Shown: piece after piece, positions 1 through 10,809 of the stretch | Layout of the letters: the number at the start of each line of letters is the position of its first letter | How positions within the stretch are numbered: position 1 is the first letter of the stretch | Assembly (NCBI RefSeq): GCF_009914755.1 | Contig: NC_060948.1 | Length of the DNA: 64,000 bases | Reading direction: 5' to 3' (one strand) | From: the human T2T-CHM13v2.0 reference genome, Homo sapiens | Made by a program: the position numbers and the translations under genes | Notes under the pieces: generated by a model | Database searches by the model: none | What the model saw: only the letters and a program-made list of their open reading frames with translations | Told to the model about the DNA's origin: nothing

Positions 1-138
1 GCAATGGAATGGAATGGAATGGAATGGAATGGAATGGAATGGGATGGAATGGGATGGAATGGTATGGAATGGATAGTAATGGACTGGAGTGAAATGGACT
101 GGAAAGGAATGGACTCAAATTGAAAGGGCTCGAAAGGA
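1..138 (+). repeat. Tail of the preceding DYZ1 unit (partial)
   Basis: Matches the end of other units (GCAAT (GGAAT)7 GGGAT GGAAT GGGAT GGAAT GGTAT...); reads identical to 7118-7255. Confidence 0.9.
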
Positions 139-376
139 ATGGAGTCAAATGGAATGGTCTGGAATGGAATGAACACGAATGTAATGCAATCCAATAGAAT
201 GGAATCGAATGGCATGGAATATAAAGAAATGGAATCGAAGAGAATGGAAACAAATGGAATGGAATTGAATGGAATGGAATTGAATGGAATGCGAACGAAT
301 GGAGTGAAATTGTATGCAGTAGAAGGGAATAGAATGGAATGCAAGCGAAAGGAAAGGAATGGATTGGAATGGAATG

Positions 377-420
377 GAATTCATTGGAATGGAAGGGAAT
401 GTAGTGTAGTGGACAGGCCT
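377..420. other. Unit-defining restriction landmarks: EcoRI GAATTC (377-382) and StuI/HaeIII AGGCCT (415-420), present at the equivalent position in every unit
   Basis: Read directly. HaeIII cut points recur at 418, 3972, 7535, 11089, 14658, 18227, 21781, 25339, 28898, 32481, 36050, 39579, 43148, 46702, 50296, 53835, 57374 and 60973. Confidence 0.9.
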
Positions 421-790
421 GGAATAAAGTGGAATGCTACGGTCTCGAATGGAATAAAAATGTATGGAATGGAATGCAATGAAACGGAATCGAATGTCAT
501 AGAATGTAATGGAATGCAAAAAAATGGAATCCAAAATCATTGACTGGAAAGGCTGGGTGTCGAAAGGAATTGACTCCAATGGAATGGAATCGAATGGAAT
601 GGAAGTGAATAGAATCGAACTAAATCGAATGGAATGGAATTGATAGGAACGGAATGGAAAGGAATGCAATGAATTGGCATGGAATGGAATCGAATGGCAT
701 CGAATGGAATGGAATGGAATGCAATGGAATGGAATGTATTAGAATGTAATGAACTTTAATGGAATGTACTCGAATGGATTCGACTGGAAT

Positions 791-805
791 GGAATGTTCT
801 GGAAG
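791..805. promoter_or_regulatory. Perfect 3-unit heat-shock element motif GGAATGTTCTGGAAG (recurs in each unit)
   Basis: Exact match to nGAAnnTTCnnGAAn; function not shown by the sequence. Confidence 0.5.
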
Positions 806-1070
806 TGAATGGACTCCAATGGAATGGATTCAAAAGGAATGGAATCGTACGGAATGGAATCTAATGGAATGGAATTAAATGGAAATGAATCAAATTGAAT
901 AGCACGGAATTGAATTGAATGGAATGGAATGCAATGGAATCTAATGAAACGGAAAGGAAAGGAATGGAATGGAATGGAATGGGCTGGAATGGAAAGGAAT
1001 CGAAACGAATGGAATGGAATCGAACTGAAGAGACTGGAATGGAATGCACTGGAATGGAAGAGAGTGTAAT

Positions 1071-1085
1071 GGAAGGTTCTCGAAA
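1071..1085. promoter_or_regulatory. Perfect 3-unit heat-shock element motif GGAAGGTTCTCGAAA (recurs in each unit)
   Basis: Exact match to nGAAnnTTCnnGAAn; function not shown by the sequence. Confidence 0.5.
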
Positions 1086-2096
1086 AAAATGGAATCGAAT
1101 GGAATGGAATTGAATGGAACGGAATAGAGTCGAATGGAATTGAATGGAATGGAATGGACTAGAGTGAAATGGAATCGAACCACAAGGAATGGACAGGAAT
1201 AGAATGGTCTCGAATTTAATGGAATCGTATGGAATGGCATCAAACGGAATGGAATGGACAGCCACGGAATGGAATGCACTCGAATGCAATGGAGTCGAAA
1301 CTAATGGACTGGAATAGAATGGACTCGACTGGTACGGACTCCAATGGAATGGAATCGAATGGAAGGGAATCGAACGGAATGGACTCGAAGGGAAAAGACT
1401 GCAATGGAAAGGTCTCGAATGGAATGGAAATTAATGGAATGGAATGGAATCGAATGAAATGGAGTCAAAAGGAATGGAATCGAATGGCAAGAAATCGAAT
1501 GTAATGGAATCGCAAGGAATTGATGTGAACGGAACGGAATGGAATGGAATCCAAAGGAATGGAATAGAATGGAATGGAATCGAATGGAAAGGACTCGAAT
1601 GGAAATCACTCGAATAGAATGCAATTTAATAAAATAGGATCAAATGTAATGGAATGGAATGGAAAGGAATCGAAACGAAAGGAATGGAGACAGATGGAAT
1701 GGAATGGAACAGAGAGCAATGGTATAGAATGGAATGGAATCATCTGGAATGGAATTGAATGGAATGGAATAATATGAAATGGAATGGAATGGAATGGAAT
1801 GGAATGCCCTTGAATTAAATGGACTGGAATGGAATGGACTCGAACAGAGTGGAATGGAAAGTGTTGAGATAGAATGGAATGGACTCCTTTGGAATGGTGT
1901 AGTATGCAATGCAATCGACTGGCAGGGAATCAAAAGGAATGTAATGGAATGGATTGGACTGGAATGCAATGGACTCGAATAGATTGGAAACGGAATGCAA
2001 AGGAATGGAATGGAATAGTATGGAATGGAATGGAAAGGAATGGAGTGGAATAGACTAGAGTGGAATGGAATGGACTGGAAAGCAATGGACTGGAAT

Positions 2097-2111
2097 GGAA
2101 CTTTCTTGAAT
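2097..2111. promoter_or_regulatory. Perfect 3-unit heat-shock element motif GGAACTTTCTTGAAT (recurs in each unit)
   Basis: Exact match to nGAAnnTTCnnGAAn; function not shown by the sequence. Confidence 0.5.
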
Positions 2112-3692
2112 GGACTGGAATCAAACGGAATGGAATGCAATGCAATCAAATGGCATGGAATAAAATAGAATGAAAGAGAATCAAATGGAATTGAATCGAA
2201 TGGAATCGAATGGATTGGAAAGGAATAGAATGGAATGGAATGGAATGGACTAGAATGGAATGGATTCGAATGGAAGGCAAAGGAATGGAATCTATTGGAA
2301 TGGACTGTAATGGAATGGAATGGAAGGGATTGGAATGGACTCGAATGGAATGGACTGCAATAGAAAGGATTCGAATGGAATGAAAAAGAATTGAATGGAA
2401 TAGAACAGAATGGAATCAAATCGAATGAAATGGAATGGAATAGAAAGGAATGGAATGAAATGGAATGGAAAGGATTCGAATGGAATGCAATCGAATGGAA
2501 TGGAATCGAACGGAATGGAATAAAATGGAAGAAAACTGGCAAGAAATGGAATCGAAATGAATGGAGTGTTATGGAACGGACTCAAAAGGAATTGAATGTA
2601 ATAGAATGGAGTGGAGTGGACTCGAATATAATGGACTGGAATGGAATGAAATCACAAGGAATGGGAACGAATGGAATGGAATGGAAAGGAATGGAATCGA
2701 ATGGAAAGGAATCGAATGGAAGGGAATGAAATTGAATCAACAGGAATGGAAGGGAATAGAATAGACGGTAATGGAATGGACTCGAATAGAATGGACACGA
2801 ATGCTCAAATTGAATGGACTCGAATGGAATGGAAACGAAAGGAATGTCATCGAATGGAATTGAATGGATTGGAATGAAATCGCATAGAATGGAGTGGAAT
2901 CAAATGGAATTGAATCGAAAGGAAAGGAAGCGAATGGACTGAAATGAAATGGAATGGAATTGAATGGAAAGTAATGCAATGGAATAGAATGGAACGAAAT
3001 TTCACGGAATGGAATCAAACTGAATGGAATCAAATCAATGGAATCAAATCAAATGGAATGGAAAGGAATTGAATGGAGTAGATTGGATTGGATGGGATTG
3101 GAATGAAATGTACTGGAAAGGACTCGAATTTCATGAAACGGAATGGAATGAATTGGAACGGAATGGACTCGAATGGAATGGAATGTCATGGAATGGCATC
3201 AAATGGAATGGCATCAAATGGAATGGAATCGAATGCAATGGAATGCTATGGAATGGAATGGAATGCATTGGAATGGAATGTCCTCTAATGGAATGGATTC
3301 GAGTGGAATGGAATCGAATATAATGGAGTCGAATGAAATGGAATTGAAAGGAATGGGATCGAATACAATGGAATATACTGGAATGTAATGTAATGAACTC
3401 GAATGTAATTGACTGGAATGGAATGTACATGAATGGAATGTAATCGAATGGAAAGTAATCCAATGGAATTGAATCTAATGCAATAAAATCGACTCAGATA
3501 GAGTAGAATGTAATGGAATGGAGTGCAGTGCAATGGAATGGAATGGAATGGAATGCAATGGAATGGAATGGAATGGAATGGAATGGAATGGAATGGGATG
3601 GAATGGGATGGAATGGTATGGAATGGATAGTAATGGACTGGAGTGAAATGGACTGGAAAGGAATGGACTCAAATTGAAAGGGCTCGAAAGGA

Positions 3693-6600
3693 ATGGAGTC
3701 AAATGGAATGGTCTGGAATGGAATGAACACGAATGTAATGCAATCCAATAGAATGGAATCGAATGGCATGGAATATAAAGAAATGGAATCGAAGAGAATG
3801 GAAACAAATGGAATGGAATTGAATGGAATGGAATTGAATGGAATGGGAACGAATGGAGTGAAATTGTATGCAGTAGAAGGGAATAGAATGGAATGCAAGC
3901 GAAAGGAAAGGAATGGATTGGAATGGAATGGAATTCATTGGAATGGAAGGGAATGTAGTGTAATGGACAGGCCTGGAATAAAGTGGAATGCTACGGTCTC
4001 GAATGGAATAAAAATGTATGGAATGGAATGCAATGAAACGGAATCGAATGTCATAGAATGTAATGGAATGCAAAAAAATGGAATCCAAAATCATTGACTG
4101 GAAAGGCTGGGTGTCGAAAGGAATTGACTCCAATGGAATGGAATCGAATGGAATGGAAGTGAATAGAATCGAACTAAATCGAATGGAATGGAATTGATAG
4201 GAACGGAATGGAAAGGAATGCAATGATTTGGCACGGAATGGAATCGAATGGCATCGAATGGAATGGAATGGAATGCAATGGAATGGAATGCATTAGAATG
4301 TAATGAACTTTAATGGAATGTACTCGAATGGATTCGACTGGAATGGAATGTTCTGGAAGTGAATGGACTCCAATGGAATGGATTCCAAAGGAATGGAATC
4401 GTACGGAATGGAATCTAATGGAATGGAATTAAATGGAAATGAATCAAATTGAATAGCACGGAATTGAATTGAATGGAATGGAATGCAATGGAATCTAATG
4501 AAACGGAAAGGAAAGGAATGGAATGGAATGGAATGGGCTGGAATGGAAAGGAATCGAAACGAATGGAATGGAATCGAACTGAAGAGACTGGAATGGAATG
4601 CACTGGAATGGAAGGGAGTGTAATGGAAGGTTCTCGAAAAAAATGGAATCGAATGGAATGGAATTGAATGGAACGGAATAGAGTCGAATGGAATTGAATG
4701 GAATGGAATGGACTAGAGTGAAATGGAATCGAACCACAAGGAATGGACAGGAATAGAATGGTCTCGAATTGAATGGAATCGTATGGAATGGCATCAAACG
4801 GAATGGAATGGACAGCCACGGAATGGAATGCACTCGAATGCAATGGAGTCGAAACTAATGGACTGGAATAGAATGGACTCGACTGGTACGGACTCCAATG
4901 GAATGGAATCGAATGGAAGGGAATCGAACGGAATGGACTCGAAGGGAAAAGACTGCAATGGAAAGGTCTCGAATGGAATGGAAATTAATGGAATGGAATG
5001 GAATCGAATGAAATGGAGTCAAAAGGAATGGAATCGAATGGCAAGAAATCGAATGTAATGGAATCGCAAGGAATTGATGTGAGCGGAACGGAATGGAATG
5101 GAATCCAAAGGAATGGAATAGAATGGAATGGAATCGAATGGAAAGGACTTGAATGGAAATCACTCGAATAGAATGCAATTTAATAAAATAGGATCAAATG
5201 TAATGGAATGGAATGGAAAGGAATCGAAACGAAAGGAATGGAGACAAATGGAATGGAATGGAACAGAGAGCAATGGTATAGAATGGAATGGAATCATCTG
5301 GAATGGAATTGAATGGAATGGAATAATATGAAATGGAATGGAATGGAATGGAATGGAATGCCCTTGAATTAAATGGACTGGAATGGAATGGACTCGAACA
5401 GAGTGGAATGGAAAGTGTTGAGATAGAATGGAATGGACTCCTTTGGAATGGTGTAGTATGCAATGCAATCGACTGGCAGGGAATCAAAAGGAATGTAATG
5501 GAAGGGATTGGACTGGAATGCAATGGACTCGAATAGATTGGAAACGGAATGCAAAGGAATGGAATGGAATAGTATGGAATGGAATGGAAAGGAATGGAGT
5601 GGAATAGACTAGAGTGGAATGGAATGGACTGGAAAGCAATGGACTGGAATGGAACTTTCTTGAATGGACTGGAATCAAACGGAATGGAATGCAATGCAAT
5701 CAAATGGCATGGAATAAAATAGAATGAAAGAGAATCAAATGGAATTGAATCGAATGGAATCGAATGGATTGGAAAGGAATAGAATGGAATGGAATGGAAT
5801 TGACTCAAATGGAATGGACTAGAATGGAATGGATTCGAATGGAAGGCAAAGGAATGGAATCTATTGGAATGGACTGTAATGGAATGGAATGGAAGGGATT
5901 GGAATGGACTCGAATGGAATGGACTGCAATAGAAAGGATTCGAATGGAATGAAAAAGAATTGAATGGAATAGAACAGAATGGAATCAAATCGAATGAAAT
6001 GGAATGGAATAGAAAGGAATGGAATGAAATGGAATGGAAAGGATTCGAATGGAATGCAATCGAATGGAATGGAATCGAACGGAATGGAATAAAATGGAAG
6101 AAAACTGGCAAGAAATGGAATCGAAATGAATGGAGTGTTATGGAACGGACTCAAAAGGAATTGAATGTAATAGAATGGAGTGGAGTGGACTCGAATATAA
6201 TGGACTGGAATGGAATGAAATCACATGGAATGGGAACGAATGGAATGGAATGGAAAGGAATGGAATCGAATGGAAAGGAATCGAATGGAAGGGAATGAAA
6301 TTGAATCAACAGGAATGGAAGGGAATAGAATAGACGGTAATGGAATGGACTCGAATAGAATGGACACGAATGCTCAAATTGAATGGACTCCAATGGAATG
6401 GAAACGAAAGGAATGTCATCGAATAGAATTGAATCGACTGGAATGAAATCGCAAGAATGGAGTGGAATCAAATGGAATTGAATCGAAAGGAAAGGAAGCG
6501 AATGGACTGAAATGAAATGGAATGGAATTGAATGGAAAGTAATGCAATGGAATAGAATGGAACGAAATTTCACGGAATGGAATCAAACTGAAAGGAATCA

Positions 6601-7255
6601 AATCAATGGAATCTAATCAAATGGAATGGAAGGGAATTGAATGGAGTAGATTGGATTGGATGGGATTGGAGTGAAATGTACTGGAAAGGACTCGAATTTC
6701 ATGAAACGGAATGGAATGAATTGGAACGGAATGGACTCGAATGGAATGGAATGTCATGGAATGGCATCAAATGGAATGGCATCAAATGGAATGGAATCGA
6801 ATGCAATGGAATGCTATGGAATGGAATGGAATGCATTGGAATGGAATGTCCTCTAATGGAATGGATTCGAGTGGAATGGAATCGAATATAATGGAGTCGA
6901 ATGAAATGGAATTGAAAGGAATGGGATCGAATACAATGGAATATGCTGGAATGTAATGTAATGAACTCGAATGTAATTGACTGGAATGGAATGTACATGA
7001 ATGGAATGTAATCGAATGGAAAGTAATCCAATGGAATAGAATCTAATGCAATAAAATCGACTCAGATAGAGTAGAATGTAATGGAATGGAGTGCAGTACA
7101 ATGGAATGGAATGGAATGCAATGGAATGGAATGGAATGGAATGGAATGGAATGGAATGGGATGGAATGGGATGGAATGGTATGGAATGGATAGTAATGGA
7201 CTGGAGTGAAATGGACTGGAAAGGAATGGACTCAAATTGAAAGGGCTCGAAAGGA
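3693..7255 (+). repeat. DYZ1 unit U2 (3563 bp)
   Basis: 1-bp deletion (CGCATAGAAT>CGCAAGAAT, ~6453) and one fewer GGAAT near 7100. Confidence 0.93.
3834..3987. other. Classic DYZ1 sex-typing PCR target (154 bp), repeated in every unit
   Basis: Bounded by TTGAATGGAATGGGAACGAATGG and GGACAGGCCTGGAATAAAGTGGA (reverse complement TCCACTTTATTCCAGGCCTGTCC). These match the Y1.1/Y1.2 primer pair as I recall it; the primer identity is from memory and was not checked. Confidence 0.75.
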
Positions 7256-10200
7256 ATGGAGTCAAATGGAATGGTCTGGAATGGAATGAACACGAATGTA
7301 ATGCAATCCAATAGAATGGAATCGAATGGCATGGAATATAAAGAAATGGAATCGAAGAGAATGGAAACAAATGGAATGGAATTGAATGGAATGGAATTGA
7401 ATGGAATGCGAACGAATGGAGTGAAATTGTATGCAGTAGAAGGGAATAGAATGGAATGCAAGCGAAAGGAAAGGAATGGATTGGAATGGAATGGAATTCA
7501 TTGGAATGGAAGGGAATGTAGTGTAGTGGACAGGCCTGGAATAAAGTGGAATGCTACGGTCTCGAATGGAATAAAAATGTATGGAATGGAATGCAATGAA
7601 ACGGAATCGAATGTCATAGAATGTAATGGAATGCAAAAAAATGGAATCCAAAATCATTGACTGGAAAGGCTGGGTGTCGAAAGGAATTGACTCCAATGGA
7701 ATGGAATCGAATGGAATGGAAGTGAATAGAATCGAACTAAATCGAATGGAATGGAATTGATAGGAACGGAATGGAAAGGAATGCAATGAATTGGCATGGA
7801 ATGGAATCGAATGGCATCGAATGGAATGGAATGGAATGCAATGGAATGGAATGTATTAGAATGTAATGAACTTTAATGGAATGTACTCGAATGGATTCGA
7901 CTGGAATGGAATGTTCTGGAAGTGAATGGACTCCAATGGAATGGATTCAAAAGGAATGGAATCGTACGGAATGGAATCTAATGGAATGGAATTAAATGGA
8001 AATGAATCAAATTGAATAGCACGGAATTGAATTGAATGGAATGGAATGCAATGGAATCTAATGAAACGGAAAGGAAAGGAATGGAATGGAATGGAATGGG
8101 CTGGAATGGAAAGGAATCGAAACGAATGGAATGGAATCGAACTGAAGAGACTGGAATGGAATGCACTGGAATGGAAGAGAGTGTAATGGAAGGTTCTCGA
8201 AAAAAATGGAATCGAATGGAATGGAATTGAATGGAACGGAATAGAGTCGAATGGAATTGAATGGAATGGAATGGACTAGAGTGAAATGGAATCGAACCAC
8301 AAGGAATGGACAGGAATAGAATGGTCTCGAATTTAATGGAATCGTATGGAATGGCATCAAACGGAATGGAATGGACAGCCACGGAATGGAATGCACTCGA
8401 ATGCAATGGAGTCGAAACTAATGGACTGGAATAGAATGGACTCGACTGGTACGGACTCCAATGGAATGGAATCGAATGGAAGGGAATCGAACGGAATGGA
8501 CTCGAAGGGAAAAGACTGCAATGGAAAGGTCTCGAATGGAATGGAAATTAATGGAATGGAATGGAATCGAATGAAATGGAGTCAAAAGGAATGGAATCGA
8601 ATGGCAAGAAATCGAATGTAATGGAATCGCAAGGAATTGATGTGAACGGAACGGAATGGAATGGAATCCAAAGGAATGGAATAGAATGGAATGGAATCGA
8701 ATGGAAAGGACTCGAATGGAAATCACTCGAATAGAATGCAATTTAATAAAATAGGATCAAATGTAATGGAATGGAATGGAAAGGAATCGAAACGAAAGGA
8801 ATGGAGACAGATGGAATGGAATGGAACAGAGAGCAATGGTATAGAATGGAATGGAATCATCTGGAATGGAATTGAATGGAATGGAATAATATGAAATGGA
8901 ATGGAATGGAATGGAATGGAATGCCCTTGAATTAAATGGACTGGAATGGAATGGACTCGAACAGAGTGGAATGGAAAGTGTTGAGATAGAATGGAATGGA
9001 CTCCTTTGGAATGGTGTAGTATGCAATGCAATCGACTGGCAGGGAATCAAAAGGAATGTAATGGAATGGATTGGACTGGAATGCAATGGACTCGAATAGA
9101 TTGGAAACGGAATGCAAAGGAATGGAATGGAATAGTATGGAATGGAATGGAAAGGAATGGAGTGGAATAGACTAGAGTGGAATGGAATGGACTGGAAAGC
9201 AATGGACTGGAATGGAACTTTCTTGAATGGACTGGAATCAAACGGAATGGAATGCAATGCAATCAAATGGCATGGAATAAAATAGAATGAAAGAGAATCA
9301 AATGGAATTGAATCGAATGGAATCGAATGGATTGGAAAGGAATAGAATGGAATGGAATGGAATGGACTAGAATGGAATGGATTCGAATGGAAGGCAAAGG
9401 AATGGAATCTATTGGAATGGACTGTAATGGAATGGAATGGAAGGGATTGGAATGGACTCGAATGGAATGGACTGCAATAGAAAGGATTCGAATGGAATGA
9501 AAAAGAATTGAATGGAATAGAACAGAATGGAATCAAATCGAATGAAATGGAATGGAATAGAAAGGAATGGAATGAAATGGAATGGAAAGGATTCGAATGG
9601 AATGCAATCGAATGGAATGGAATCGAACGGAATGGAATAAAATGGAAGAAAACTGGCAAGAAATGGAATCGAAATGAATGGAGTGTTATGGAACGGACTC
9701 AAAAGGAATTGAATGTAATAGAATGGAGTGGAGTGGACTCGAATATAATGGACTGGAATGGAATGAAATCACAAGGAATGGGAACGAATGGAATGGAATG
9801 GAAAGGAATGGAATCGAATGGAAAGGAATCGAATGGAAGGGAATGAAATTGAATCAACAGGAATGGAAGGGAATAGAATAGACGGTAATGGAATGGACTC
9901 GAATAGAATGGACACGAATGCTCAAATTGAATGGACTCGAATGGAATGGAAACGAAAGGAATGTCATCGAATGGAATTGAATGGATTGGAATGAAATCGC
10001 ATAGAATGGAGTGGAATCAAATGGAATTGAATCGAAAGGAAAGGAAGCGAATGGACTGAAATGAAATGGAATGGAATTGAATGGAAAGTAATGCAATGGA
10101 ATAGAATGGAACGAAATTTCACGGAATGGAATCAAACTGAATGGAATCAAATCAATGGAATCAAATCAAATGGAATGGAAAGGAATTGAATGGAGTAGAT

Positions 10201-10809
10201 TGGATTGGATGGGATTGGAATGAAATGTACTGGAAAGGACTCGAATTTCATGAAACGGAATGGAATGAATTGGAACGGAATGGACTCGAATGGAATGGAA
10301 TGTCATGGAATGGCATCAAATGGAATGGCATCAAATGGAATGGAATCGAATGCAATGGAATGCTATGGAATGGAATGGAATGCATTGGAATGGAATGTCC
10401 TCTAATGGAATGGATTCGAGTGGAATGGAATCGAATATAATGGAGTCGAATGAAATGGAATTGAAAGGAATGGGATCGAATACAATGGAATATACTGGAA
10501 TGTAATGTAATGAACTCGAATGTAATTGACTGGAATGGAATGTACATGAATGGAATGTAATCGAATGGAAAGTAATCCAATGGAATTGAATCTAATGCAA
10601 TAAAATCGACTCAGATAGAGTAGAATGTAATGGAATGGAGTGCAGTGCAATGGAATGGAATGGAATGGAATGCAATGGAATGGAATGGAATGGAATGGAA
10701 TGGAATGGAATGGGATGGAATGGGATGGAATGGTATGGAATGGATAGTAATGGACTGGAGTGAAATGGACTGGAAAGGAATGGACTCAAATTGAAAGGGC
10801 TCGAAAGGA
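7256..10809 (+). repeat. DYZ1 unit U3 (3554 bp), copy of U1
   Basis: Same private variants and 15-bp deletion as U1; the ORF translations are identical at offset 7117. Confidence 0.93.

Larger units (their letters stand above)
139..3692 (+). repeat. DYZ1 unit U1 (3554 bp)
   Basis: Landmark spacing. Relative to the 3569-bp form it lacks the 15-bp TGACTCAAATGGAAT near 2240. Confidence 0.93.

Noticed and set aside
1640-2542. The ~300-aa minus-strand ORF retained in most units, with frame-preserving 15-bp indels
   Set aside because: 15-bp indels follow from the satellite's sub-period. The ORF is broken in U13 (stop near 44922) and re-framed in U6 and U17, so there is no sign of coding constraint.
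2995-3140. Additional HSE-like sites GAAATTTCACGGA and GAATTTCATGAA
   Set aside because: Each has only two correctly spaced inverted units, so they were not counted as perfect HSEs.
3591-3612. G-quadruplex potential at GGGAT repeats
   Set aside because: Only two GGG tracts lie close together, which is not enough for a canonical intramolecular G4.
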